DNA from: Candidatus Giovannonibacteria bacterium
GTDB lineage: Bacteria > Patescibacteriota > Minisyncoccia > UBA11713 > 2-01-FULL-45-33
Direction: 5' to 3'
DNA length: 64,000 bases
NCBI GenBank assembly: GCA_016432405.1
Contig: CP066687.1
Coordinates: forward strand, 42,456 to 106,455
Made by a program: the position numbers and the translations under genes. Shown piece after piece: positions 36,994-46,900 of the stretch. Under the pieces are notes generated by a model that saw only the letters and a list, made by a program, of their open reading frames with translations, made no database searches and was not told where the DNA came from. Position 1 is the first letter of the stretch. Every line of letters begins with the position of its first letter.

Positions 36994-37008
36994 GCCGCGA
37001 TGATACTA

Positions 37009-37581
37009 TTATATCTTTTTAATTAATAACTTTTCCAGCATTTCGGCCACGCCAATCCTTAAAGCCCACATTTTCAGATATTCTATATCAAGTTCGGAGC
37101 CAGAAATTTTTAAGATGGATTCAACGTCTTCCAGCTGACGGCTTGATCCTGATTCTTTAAACCATTGCAATTTTATTAAAATGAGATCTTCTGGCGAGGA
37201 AAAATACACTTTTTGGCCAAGAATCTCTTTGGCTATTTTTCTTCGTAGCCGGGAAACGTCAAACGCGTTTCTTTTTAACATCCAAAAGTCAACTTTTACG
37301 CCGGTTTCCCCGTCTACGAAATTAAATTCGCCTTCTTGTAAAATTGCTTTTTCGATGGATTGCTTGTCAATATATCCAGCTCCGCTTAATTCTCGCAGGG
37401 CCTTTTCCAGCTTGGAGATATCGCTTGTTTTTAATTCCACAACTATGTCTATATCGGCGGTAAATCTTGGTCTGCCCCAAACCAAGACCGCAATTCCGCC
37501 AGTAATGATATAGGGAATATTAAGGCGCTCAAGAATTTGCGCGACATTAACCAGAAGTCGTCTCGGATCTATTTGTTCCAT
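37009..37581 (-). CDS. Nucleotidyltransferase (Pol-beta superfamily, AbiEii/MNT-like)
   Basis: Minimal NTase motif GGIAVLVWGRPRFTADIDIVVE, i.e. hG[GS]...D.D. It lies between the two copies of a duplicated gene start. Confidence 0.6.
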   Translation of the reverse strand: MEQIDPRRLLVNVAQILERLNIPYIITGGIAVLVWGRPRFTADIDIVVELKTSDISKLEKALRELSGAGYIDKQSIEKAILQEGEFNFVDGETGVKVDFWMLKRNAFDVSRLRRKIAKEILGQKVYFSSPEDLILIKLQWFKESGSSRQLEDVESILKISGSELDIEYLKMWALRIGVAEMLEKLLIKKI

Positions 37582-37709
37582 GGCTTATTTTATTGCCCAC
37601 TAAATCTTTAGCCAATCTCCAAAACGCGGAGCCCAATTCCACTTTTTTGTCCGCGGACATTTTTCTGAAAATGTCATCTTGCCGATCTTGGGCAGATTTC
37701 TTCTCCGCG

Positions 37710-37744
37710 ATTATTATATTTCTTTTGGTTAAATAGTTTTCCAT
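37710..37744. repeat. 35-bp segment, copy B of the flanking duplication
   Basis: Starts a 65-aa ORF, MENYLTKRNIIIA..., that shares its first 13 residues with the propeller protein, MENLLTKRNIIIA. Confidence 0.7.
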
Positions 37745-37748
37745 AAAA

Positions 37749-38936
37749 TTATCTCATTTTTTTAACAAATCCATTTTGTTCCAGCCAATCAAATTTTTGC
37801 GCCAATATCTCGTCTGATCTTTTGTCCCCAGTTTTATATTGGCCTCTCGTAAATACATAAGCTTCAACTGTCGTTCCCATATCTTCTGCGGGATTCACTG
37901 ACGCATAGGGACTTACTAAATCTGCGCTTAATAATTCTGGCAACGCAAAACCCTTATTTTCCCTTTTAGACGTTTCGTAGAGGTTTCTCCATTCTGTGTC
38001 TCCATCAAAGTTATTGAATTTTTCTGCTGTAAGAGCATGTGATAACTCGTGAATCGTTGTCCTTTCAAACTCTGTTTCAAACCTTGTTTTTTGACCAGAT
38101 ATTACTTCATAAAAATTTTTTTTATTTACATCATCTCCCAATAAGAAGACTCCATCAACAAATTTATTGTTATGTGCCACAAAGCCCCTACTTGTTCCAA
38201 CACCAGCTACCTTACTTACTTCGTCCATGGCCGCTCTATTTAATATAGAAACAGGTTTTTTTAACGATTTATAATTATTCGGCATTATATCATATACTCT
38301 ATTCAATGCCTCTTGGATTTTTTGCTCTGTTGCTTTATCGAATTGCCCATTAGCCACAATCATCTTTTTTCTATTGGAGAAGTCGGCGGCCGCGGTTGTT
38401 GGGCGGAGGGCTGTATTTGTGGGGGGCTGTGAAGGCAAAATAATATTTTGCGGAGGCGGCGGTTGCAGAATGTTTGGTTTATAACAAGTCCACTCCTTGT
38501 CTGTAATATTATATTTACACTCCTCCGTTGCGGCGCAAAACTTGCTGCTTTGCCCTGGCGGGCAAGCAGGACCCGCGGGCAGTTCTTTAATGTTTAGTTT
38601 CAAATTCACCAAGTCGGGGTTTATTGTCCATAAAATTAACCACGAGGCCAGCGCGAGGAGCAGTCCCAAAATCGCCTGGATGATGCGGTCTTTGGCGTCC
38701 GCTTTGGCGTCCACGGCTTCGGATATGGCGTATTCAATCCCGCCGATGGTTATCATCACAACTGCCAAAACCGCGGCAAGCCCCAAAATAAAAGGAATAA
38801 TCCTCCCGACGTATGTCGGGAAGTCGCCCACGCTTTGGCCGGTATGGGGCAGCGGCTGGAGCAAATTATAATCAGCGGCGAAGGCGAACGCGCCGGCGAA
38901 GAGGAGAATTGCGATAAATAAAATTTTTAATTTCAT
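37749..38936 (-). CDS. VirB2/TrbC-like pilin N-terminal domain fused to a Cys-rich, Pro-rich linker and a C-terminal HExxH (putative metallopeptidase) domain
   Basis: Signal peptide plus two hydrophobic helices, GRIIPFILGLAAVLAVVMITIGGIEYAI and IIQAILGLLLALASWLILWTI, in a T4SS pilin-like topology. The C-terminus contains TIHELSHAL. Confidence 0.45.
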   Translation of the reverse strand: MKLKILFIAILLFAGAFAFAADYNLLQPLPHTGQSVGDFPTYVGRIIPFILGLAAVLAVVMITIGGIEYAISEAVDAKADAKDRIIQAILGLLLALASWLILWTINPDLVNLKLNIKELPAGPACPPGQSSKFCAATEECKYNITDKEWTCYKPNILQPPPPQNIILPSQPPTNTALRPTTAAADFSNRKKMIVANGQFDKATEQKIQEALNRVYDIMPNNYKSLKKPVSILNRAAMDEVSKVAGVGTSRGFVAHNNKFVDGVFLLGDDVNKKNFYEVISGQKTRFETEFERTTIHELSHALTAEKFNNFDGDTEWRNLYETSKRENKGFALPELLSADLVSPYASVNPAEDMGTTVEAYVFTRGQYKTGDKRSDEILAQKFDWLEQNGFVKKMR

Positions 38937-39916
38937 AATTCCGCTTTTATATTTAATCTGCCCTCGGCGTTTTGAAACAGCGCCTTCGCGTCTTTGATGG
39001 TTATTGAAACGTCCGCGGCCGACTCGGCGCCAGCAGGCGCCTCAAGGTTTAAAAGTCGGGGATTCCCGGCGTCCGGGTTGATTTTTTCTCCGTTCGCTCT
39101 CCAATCAAACCCTGCGCGCGAGAGGGAATCCAGGCCAAAATAAAACGGCTCCGCCAAAATTGAAAATTGCTCGCCGGCCCGGGCGAAAAACGACGAGAGC
39201 GCCGAGGAGCCCTGTCCTGTAAGCGGATTTGTCTTGTAGAAAACTATCTCCGGGGCGGCTGTTTTAAAGCGCGCGGTTTTGCCCGTGAAGATTTCGTTGT
39301 CCGCCGCGCTGACCCGCAGAGAAATTTCGTATTCGCCGCCGCGTATGTCCGCGAGCCGCAAGAGGAGTTTGTTTCTCCCCCCGCCGGATTGGGACAGAAG
39401 CGGTTTTCTGTCCAAGGACCATTCGTAAATCAGGTTCTGCGGTTTGAGTTTTGCGCCGTTTCTGAACAAATGCGGCACGGCGATAATTCCAACTTCGCTT
39501 CCGGGTGTTGCTAAAGCGGCTCCGCGGTAGAGCAGTGGAGTATGGGTTAAGGGATGGACAACAAAATCTATATCGGCCACGTTGATATTTGCGCGCGCCT
39601 CGTAAAAAAGCCCCTCGACAGAAGCCACCTCCACTATTATATTCAGCTCCGTTCCGAGTTTGCCCGCAGTGAAAGTTTTTTCGGAGAGTCCCACTCCGGA
39701 ATCAACCTTTTTGCCACCCAGAAACCAGGCGAAACTAGCCCTCCGCCCATCAAAGGCGAATGAGCGCGCGGTTACGGTCACAGCGCTTCCGGCGCGCGGG
39801 GACTGGGGCGAAACATTTAGCGTGAAATCGTTCGGTGAGGAAAAAGTTTGCGCGCCCGCGCCCCCCGCGGCGGCCAAGAAAATAGCGAATATTAAATTTT
39901 TGTAAAAAGTTTTCAC
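38933..39916 (-). CDS. Hypothetical secreted protein (T4SS-like cluster)
   Basis: The signal peptide MKTFYKNLIFAIFLAAAGGAGA. The protein is beta-rich. Confidence 0.45.
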   Translation of the reverse strand: MKTFYKNLIFAIFLAAAGGAGAQTFSSPNDFTLNVSPQSPRAGSAVTVTARSFAFDGRRASFAWFLGGKKVDSGVGLSEKTFTAGKLGTELNIIVEVASVEGLFYEARANINVADIDFVVHPLTHTPLLYRGAALATPGSEVGIIAVPHLFRNGAKLKPQNLIYEWSLDRKPLLSQSGGGRNKLLLRLADIRGGEYEISLRVSAADNEIFTGKTARFKTAAPEIVFYKTNPLTGQGSSALSSFFARAGEQFSILAEPFYFGLDSLSRAGFDWRANGEKINPDAGNPRLLNLEAPAGAESAADVSITIKDAKALFQNAEGRLNIKAEL

Positions 39917-40365
39917 GATTTTTTAAATGATGCCAATTTGGCTAATTTTCCCAAAGTCGGCATGTGCCCGGAAAATTCAAAAATTACGGTAAGCGCCGCG
40001 AAAGCCGTCCAGCCGGGCAGGGAATTTACGAGCGGCAAAATCTCAATCCCCATCGCCCCAATCAGCGAGAGCAGTGTTTTGAATCCCTTGCTTTCATACA
40101 TAGACATCCCCAGCATTTTAAGCCACACGTAGAATAAAAGCAGCGCGAACACATCTATTATCCAGTTTACCACCACTCCGATGATGATTAAGGTCAGGAA
40201 TAATTGCAGCCCGTCTATCAAAAGCGCGGTCAAAACCAACAAAACTGCGTTAGGAACGCTTAATTTCGCGGCTTCGGTCGTCGCGGCTTTGGCCGGCGCG
40301 GTATTTTGCATGCTCTCATTCCGGGCTTGCTGGAGGTCTGCGTAATTTGTTGCGGTTTCTGCCAT
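39913..40365 (-). CDS. Hypothetical polytopic membrane protein (T4SS-like cluster)
   Basis: 150 aa with about four TM helices. It is translationally coupled to its neighbours. Confidence 0.4.
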   Translation of the reverse strand: MAETATNYADLQQARNESMQNTAPAKAATTEAAKLSVPNAVLLVLTALLIDGLQLFLTLIIIGVVVNWIIDVFALLLFYVWLKMLGMSMYESKGFKTLLSLIGAMGIEILPLVNSLPGWTAFAALTVIFEFSGHMPTLGKLAKLASFKKS

Positions 40366-40368
40366 AAA

Positions 40369-42183
40369 TTATGTTTGTTGCTGGCTAAAATCCTGTTTTG
40401 CTTTTTTAATCGCCAAAAGCTGGGCAGGGTCGGAAGTAATTAATTGGTCTTCGGTGTAGGAGGCCAAAATTTTAATTGCCACGTGCTTGAGTCCGGCGAA
40501 AAACAAACCCTCGCCGACGTCGGATTCCAAAAGCAAAAACTTTTCTTCCTCGGTAAGATTGAAATTCTGCTTCAGAACTTCTATTGACGCCGGGGATTGG
40601 CGGAGCAGTATCTGGATTGAAGAGTTGGTGATTAAGGGCTTCCCGTAGGGAGAATTCAAAAAGTCGCCAACATCCTGTGTAATGGTGGCAACCCCCAGAT
40701 AATATTTTCTCGCCCGCTTGGCGATGCCGTAGAGAAACGACGCTCCGTCCTCGTTTTTCATAATCCACCATGCCTCGTCCACCACCAAAATTCTTTTTTT
40801 GAGCTCTGCGCGGACGGCGCTCCAGATGTAGTTGATAATCAGATACATCGCCACCGGCCGAAGCTCGTCTTCCATGTCGCGCACCGAGAAAACCGCCAGC
40901 TTTTGGTTTATATCAACATTGGTCGGCTGGTTGATGAAACCAGCCCAGGTCCCTTTGGTGAATTTTCGGAGCCGCTGCGCTAAGGACTCCCCGCCTTCCA
41001 TATTCGCGAGTACCAGCTCCAAATCGGAAAGTATCGGCGGGACCGCTTTTTGAAAATCGGAGTCGGTGGTTATGTCGCGCGAAGCATAGGTCTCGGTAAT
41101 AGCCCGGTCAATCACGGCGTCTTCTTCCGGCGTCAGCCCGCCGAGCATTATCCGAAAAAGCCCCACCAGGTTTATGATGTGCGAGCGCAGGACGTCGGCC
41201 GGAGACTCGTCCTCCCGGGGCGTCGGCAAGTCAAAAGGATTTATGTGGTGGTGCGAGGTCAGGGATATGTTGAAATATCTTCCGCCGACCGCCTCCGCCA
41301 GATATTCATACTCCCTCTCCGGGTCTATGACTATCACGTCCGTTTCAAACATCAAGGAGCGCAGAATTTCCAGTTTGGTCGCGTAGGACTTTCCGGCTCC
41401 GGCCTTGGCGAAAATAACCGAGTTGTAGTTTTCCAGAGAAAACCTGTCAAAAAGCACCAAAGAGTTGTTGTGAGAATTTATGCCGTAGAGAATTCCTTTG
41501 TTGGAAGTAAGGTCAAAGGAAACGAACGGAAAAATGCTGGACGCCGGGGATGAGTTTAAAAAGTTGTTTACCGCCAGCTTGTCCGTTGCCTGCGGGAATA
41601 CGGACCCCAGCCCTTCTTTTTGCTGGAAGAGCGCCGGCTTGGCGTAGACAAGACGCGACTCCAGCATTGATTTTATCTCCGCTTCCACCTTATCCAACTC
41701 TTCCATTGTATTGCCGTAGACGGCGACATAAAGCCCGAAGTTAAAAAGCCGTTCCTGCGCCTGCTGAAGCTTGTCCCGCAGTGATTCCAGATCCTGGAAA
41801 GCCGTGTCCAAAACCGGGTCACGCACCAGTCCTTTTTCCTGGCGGATGGCGATTTGCGACTGCACCTCGGCGACTTTTCTCTGGAGTTTCCGCAGGACTG
41901 CGGCCGTGTCAACCGGATGGATGAAAATTGATACGTCAAAAACCTTGTCCAGATTTATCACGGGGCTGAACCAGTTTGAAGACAAAAATCTCGGGAGCGC
42001 GAAGACGAAAAGCGTCCGCATCAGTTTTTCCCCAAGCCGCACGTTGTTCGCCGCCACCTCCAAAGCGGCCGGCGCAATGATGTCGCGGAGCTCCAAGGTT
42101 CCGGCGCGGTAAATTTCCTCCGGAAAAACCGGAGTTATCTCCGCCGGCTTTTCTTTTTTTCTAAATATATCTAATAGCGCCAT
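40369..42183 (-). CDS. Type IV secretion/conjugation ATPase VirB4/TrbE/TraC family
   Basis: Walker A FAKAGAGKSYATK, Walker B RILVVDEAWW, the VirB4-type motifs FNISLTSHHHINPFD and GVATITQD, and a length of about 600 aa. Confidence 0.85.
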   Translation of the reverse strand: MALLDIFRKKEKPAEITPVFPEEIYRAGTLELRDIIAPAALEVAANNVRLGEKLMRTLFVFALPRFLSSNWFSPVINLDKVFDVSIFIHPVDTAAVLRKLQRKVAEVQSQIAIRQEKGLVRDPVLDTAFQDLESLRDKLQQAQERLFNFGLYVAVYGNTMEELDKVEAEIKSMLESRLVYAKPALFQQKEGLGSVFPQATDKLAVNNFLNSSPASSIFPFVSFDLTSNKGILYGINSHNNSLVLFDRFSLENYNSVIFAKAGAGKSYATKLEILRSLMFETDVIVIDPEREYEYLAEAVGGRYFNISLTSHHHINPFDLPTPREDESPADVLRSHIINLVGLFRIMLGGLTPEEDAVIDRAITETYASRDITTDSDFQKAVPPILSDLELVLANMEGGESLAQRLRKFTKGTWAGFINQPTNVDINQKLAVFSVRDMEDELRPVAMYLIINYIWSAVRAELKKRILVVDEAWWIMKNEDGASFLYGIAKRARKYYLGVATITQDVGDFLNSPYGKPLITNSSIQILLRQSPASIEVLKQNFNLTEEEKFLLLESDVGEGLFFAGLKHVAIKILASYTEDQLITSDPAQLLAIKKAKQDFSQQQT

Positions 42184-42184
42184 T

Positions 42185-42847
42185 TTATTGCAAGGTCGGG
42201 GGCTTGCCTTTATCCAGCTCGCCCGGATTATAAAGCCCGTAAAATAATTCTATCAGCTCCTCGGTGTTAAGCGGCACCGCTCTTACGCCGGCGCGCACGA
42301 GCCCCTGGATTACGCTGTCCGCCCTTTGCCAGAGCTGGTTTTTGTATTCCTCAAATTTGTCCTGGGTTAGCCCCGCCCCTTTCTTGGATTGTTTTGTGCC
42401 CAATAAGCTGCCTATGCCGCCCAATAATGTTGATACTCCTTCCTTCGGAGTCTGAAAAAGGGGCGGGGTGAAAGGAACGACGGCGTAGAAATTTTTGGTG
42501 ACAACGTTTGCGGCCCGAACGAAGGCGCGCACAAATTCTATATATTCGGCTATCTGGATTTTTAAAAGCTCGTTGGGCTGCCTTGCCTCGGCGGCTTTCA
42601 GGGTTTCAATGTAGGGCTCAATGTTAAGTTTGCGCGACTGGATGAAAAATTGCACGGAAAAATCCATCGCGTTCAAAAAGTTCTGGTATTGCAAAATTAC
42701 CGCCGTCTGCTCGTCGGCGCTCTTTAAGGCAAAATTCAAGGACGAGGCCATAAGCACCGCCCGGAGCGAGCCGTCTTTTAGGACAAGGACGCCGTCCCTG
42801 ATTTCCTGTATGTCCAATATTTCCTGTGATGCTTGCGCTTGAGGCAT
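42185..42847 (-). CDS. Hypothetical protein, possibly a split-off VirB4 N-terminal domain
   Basis: ILDIQEIRDGVLVLKDGSLRAVL resembles the N-terminus of VirB4/TraC proteins. Its combined length with the next gene, about 824 aa, matches a full-length VirB4. Confidence 0.35.
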   Translation of the reverse strand: MPQAQASQEILDIQEIRDGVLVLKDGSLRAVLMASSLNFALKSADEQTAVILQYQNFLNAMDFSVQFFIQSRKLNIEPYIETLKAAEARQPNELLKIQIAEYIEFVRAFVRAANVVTKNFYAVVPFTPPLFQTPKEGVSTLLGGIGSLLGTKQSKKGAGLTQDKFEEYKNQLWQRADSVIQGLVRAGVRAVPLNTEELIELFYGLYNPGELDKGKPPTLQ

Positions 42848-42868
42848 TGGTTTATAGAATTTCTAATT

Positions 42869-43273
42869 TCATCTCTTTAATTGCTTTTGAATATCCAGCG
42901 ACCAGGACAGGTCTTGTAATTTGCTTTGGGTGAGCTTTGGAGCCCCGCCCGGCTCCGAAGGTTTCTTCCCGCCGGGCGGGATCGATAAGCTGGGCGGGGT
43001 TTTCTTCCATAAATATAATCTCGCCGAAGAAGAATAATTCAATGCGGCCGCGAGCACTTTAATAAACGGCTGGCCGTTTATTTTCAAAAACGCCAGCGCT
43101 CCAGTGAAAGCAGCCACCGGCGCGCCCAAAAATATAACCAGCCAAAGCTGAAGATAAACATACATCAAAAAAATAATCGCCGCACCGCCCAGCATGTAGA
43201 AAAACTGCTTTGCGGTCAAGGGACCGAAAATCTTGTCTTCTATGTCTATAAATTGCGGAACTTGATGCTGCAT
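42869..43273 (-). CDS. Small membrane protein, VirB3/PrgI-like (putative)
   Basis: 134 aa with a PQFIDIEDKIFGPLT motif and two TM helices. It sits directly upstream of the VirB4-like genes, as in Gram-positive T4SS operons. Confidence 0.4.
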   Translation of the reverse strand: MQHQVPQFIDIEDKIFGPLTAKQFFYMLGGAAIIFLMYVYLQLWLVIFLGAPVAAFTGALAFLKINGQPFIKVLAAALNYSSSARLYLWKKTPPSLSIPPGGKKPSEPGGAPKLTQSKLQDLSWSLDIQKQLKR

Positions 43274-43274
43274 A

Positions 43275-43904
43275 TTATTCTATTTGTTCTCTATAAGGGT
43301 CTTTCTCGTATTGTGGCTTCTGCTTTGGCGCCGGGGCGTTTAAATCTTTCTCCAGCGCGCTTTTGGCGGCAAGGTGGTTCGGCGGCAACGGTTCTTGTTT
43401 GGCCGGCAAGATGTCCGGTACGACCTTTGCAAATTCCCCGACGGGCGGGGGGATATTTTTTACGAAAATTGACGGGATTACCTCCCCTTTGTCCCCTCCT
43501 TGATAAGGAGGGGGCGAGGGTGGTGTGGGCGGCGCGATAATATCTTCTCGCTTGGGGAGCGGCTTTAGAACACTTCCCCCCAATCCATGAATTTTCTTCA
43601 GCGACTCCCGCACCGGCTGGAAAACTTTTTGGTTGATTTCTTCCGCAATCGCCCGCGCTTTCTCCGGCGCGACCCCGAGCCGCCCCGTCAGATTTTTTAC
43701 GTACTCCGAAGGCGGAGTGACGCCGAGCATCACAAAGCCGGTTTCTTCGGCAAGCTCCCCTATTTTATCAATCGCGAGCCCGAATTTTTTACCGGCATCC
43801 GTTATTGCATTGGAAAAAAACGAAGACACTAAGGCTTTCTGGAGGTCTTCGGGGAGCTCCTGATATTTTGCGATTATCTCTTCTTGTTTAATTTGCGCAG
43901 TCAT
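43275..43904 (-). CDS. Hypothetical Pro-rich protein (T4SS-like cluster)
   Basis: 209 aa with a PPTPPSPPPYQGG tract. Confidence 0.4.
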   Translation of the reverse strand: MTAQIKQEEIIAKYQELPEDLQKALVSSFFSNAITDAGKKFGLAIDKIGELAEETGFVMLGVTPPSEYVKNLTGRLGVAPEKARAIAEEINQKVFQPVRESLKKIHGLGGSVLKPLPKREDIIAPPTPPSPPPYQGGDKGEVIPSIFVKNIPPPVGEFAKVVPDILPAKQEPLPPNHLAAKSALEKDLNAPAPKQKPQYEKDPYREQIE

Positions 43905-43908
43905 ATTT

Positions 43909-46900
43909 TTAGCCGAATACTTGCTGGATAAATTGCTTTTCTACCGGCGACATAGCTTGCCGCGCCCGATCCCTTAGTTCAACTATCTGCTGGCCTAGCT
44001 CTTTGTTATTGTACTTGGTTTCAAACAGCCGGATTATGTCGCCGGGCGGCGCAGCCAAATTATTATTTGTGGCTTCTGCCAGCATTCTTTTTACGGCGTC
44101 GGCTTTGGCCGGAGTATCAATAAGGGAAATGAGCTGGGTAATGCCGCCGCCGCCTTTCCTCCCCGTCGGCCCGGGAGTTCCAAGGAAAGCTTGTTTAAAT
44201 ACATCCGTTTCTATGACCTTCGGTTGAGTTCTTTGCGCAATATCCCTGGGCGAGGTGTTTCGAATCTCCGTTGCAGCCCTTTCTTGAAAGTCCGGGCTGG
44301 CCGGATCGGCTTCGTCTATAAACTCAACCTTATCTATCGGGTTCAAATATCTTCGATACTTAGCATCAAGGCCTAACTTTTTAATGGCTTTGCCGATGTT
44401 CTTCACTTTGCTGCGGTCGGCTATGGTATTGATAAGCGCAACAATCTTATTCTCATCGCCGACTTTAACCAAGATTTCCAGATCTTCCGGAGGCATTGTG
44501 GCAATAGCCGTTTTAATTGCGCTTACCGGCTTTGAAGCGACGTTTTCAATGGCTGCTTCTTTGTGTGCTCTTTGCTCCCCGGCGCTGAATCTTGTTTGAA
44601 TAATATTTTGGGCCGCCGCCTTGTCTGCAGTTCCAACAAGGCCATCAATAAATCTGGCCTGCCCTTTAGCGTCTTTCTTGCGTAGCAATGCCTCTTTGTC
44701 GTCATCTTTAAGTTTGGGGAGTCCCGTGGTTGGGTCAAGCGCAAGCCACTCGTTTCTCTGTTCGTTCTCGGGCTTGCGTAAAATGCTGGCAACCTTGAAG
44801 CTTTGGTAATCTTTTGGAGCGAAGCGGCTGCGGATAACGCTTTCCGCGGAATCGCGCGCGGGAGCGCCCGGAGTGCCGAGCGAGTCCACGAACTCGGCTC
44901 TGTCTTCATCGCTCTTCATCTTGCGCAGCAGCGCTTCTTTATCATCTTCGGTGAAATCCGGTTGAGACCAAGCGGCTGTCTGCGTGCTTTTTGGCTGGCG
45001 CGCGACTTTGGCAACCTTGAAGCTTTGGTAATCTTTCGGGCTTAGCCGTGATTTCAATATATTTTCCGCTGACGTTGCGAGAGTCGGGTTAGTGGCCTCC
45101 AGCGAGCCAATAAAGTTGGCTTTTTCTTCGTCATTTAGGCCTTTCAAAATTGATTCCTGCGTCTGCGCGTCATAAGTCGCAAACCTCGCTTTCTGCTGGT
45201 CTAAAGGCATCCTTCTGAATTCTTCAAGATTAAATTTAGCCTGCTCGGCGGCTGAAAATTGCGGCGAGCGGAGAATGTTTTCCGCTATTGTTTTTTGGCT
45301 TCCGGTTAAGCTGTTTACAAATGTGGCCCGCTGTTCCGGCGTCATACCTCTCAACATGGCCTCTTTGCCCGCGCGATTAAGTTTTTGGAAAGAACTGCCC
45401 CAGGTGCTTTCGGCCTGCCCCAGCGCTGCTTTGGCCATGTTTTCTGCCTGCTCGGGCGCTTTTCCGCGAGCCGCTAGCCAGCCAGTTGCTTGGCGGGCAT
45501 AGTAGCCAAGCGTCGGAGATGCTCTAGTGATTCTCCCAATCGCTTGCGATTGCTGCAATCTCGCCCCAATCGGCGCCACTAAGCTCCTGGCCGCCACTCC
45601 TCCCACCACCCCCGTGAGCCATTTTCTGCCAGTAGTTGCCCAGCTTAGCGCCAAACTGCCTCCCATGCAGCCCATTTTTTTAGCCAAAAGTAGTGAGGCC
45701 AATAACATAACAACCGCTATTATGTTTAGCATGAGCACGGGCATAGATTTTATTGGTGCCGCGCTCGGCACAATTTTTGCTATTTCAATTAAAAAGCTTA
45801 TGCTTATGTAAAGCAGAAACATAAATGCCGGCAGAAAAAACGCCTGACACAGAAATTCTGCCCACCATGGTTTCCAGAGCCGGCTTTCTGTTTCCGGCAG
45901 CACGTAGGATATGAATGCGATTGGAGAAAGTATTAGTAGTAATATTAGCATAGCGCTTCGTATTAAGAAGAAAATTGCGCCGACAAAAAGTATAAAAATT
46001 AGTGGCACAAAAAAAATAGTTGTGCCTAAAACCTCGGAGAAATATAAGCTGGCTTGCGTAAAATCCAGGCCGGCTGAATTTTTTATGAAGTTGGTGGCAG
46101 CGCCCAAAAATCCGCCCCCGGCGATGCCAAGCGCTACTGGAATGGCCGCAGCGCAGGCGGTTACGGCGCAAACTATTCCTCCTCCTAAAATTCCTCCTAT
46201 GGTTGTAAGAACAGTGCCTGCCGAAAGTTGAGTCCACGATGATCCGTTGTTTGTAACTGCGGCCGCTTGGGGCGGCGAGTCAACGTTGAATAAATTTTGT
46301 AACTTCGTGCCCTCCATTATTTTTGTTGTCACCGCTACGGTGCCGTTGTTGGTTATGGCGTTATAAAATTGAAGCCCGAGTATATTTGCCGCATCAATGA
46401 TGACGTAGCCCATAGTTAAGCTAAAGTTTATAAGTAATGCGATAACAATGAGTTTTATGAGAAGGGCCTTGGCATTGTGGGTTTGCACGCGCAAAATCGT
46501 GGCAACGGCGATTGCCAAAAGTATAAGTATGAAAAACAAGTTGGCCACGTTTCTGGAAATATCCCAGCCGGCTTTAATCGCGGCCGATTGTCGCAAGACG
46601 GACAAACTGAAGACGAGCGATGCGTCAAAAGCAGTGCCCGCGATTGTCACCAGCCAAGAGAGAAAAAGAAGAATCGCCGTTATAACAGTATTCAAAGGCC
46701 AAAGCAGAAGCGCAGTGCCAATAGATGACGCTTTATTTACATAGCTTTGCTCAAAGGCGGTTTGTCCGGGAATTATGGGCGCTGGGCTTTGCGCCGCCAA
46801 TGCCAATGTTGCTACTGCGAAACTCAAAACCAAACTCAATAAGATTATTGAAACGAGCGGGATTTGGAGTTTTTTTGCGTTATTTAAAATCATGGATTTA

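Noticed and set aside
37547-37744. 65-aa ORF starting with the duplicated MENYLTKRNIIIA codons.
   Set aside because: It is not called as a gene. It appears to be a chimeric remnant created by the duplication/insertion event, and it overlaps the NTase start by 35 nt. Whether the remainder encodes a small antitoxin-like peptide is unresolved.
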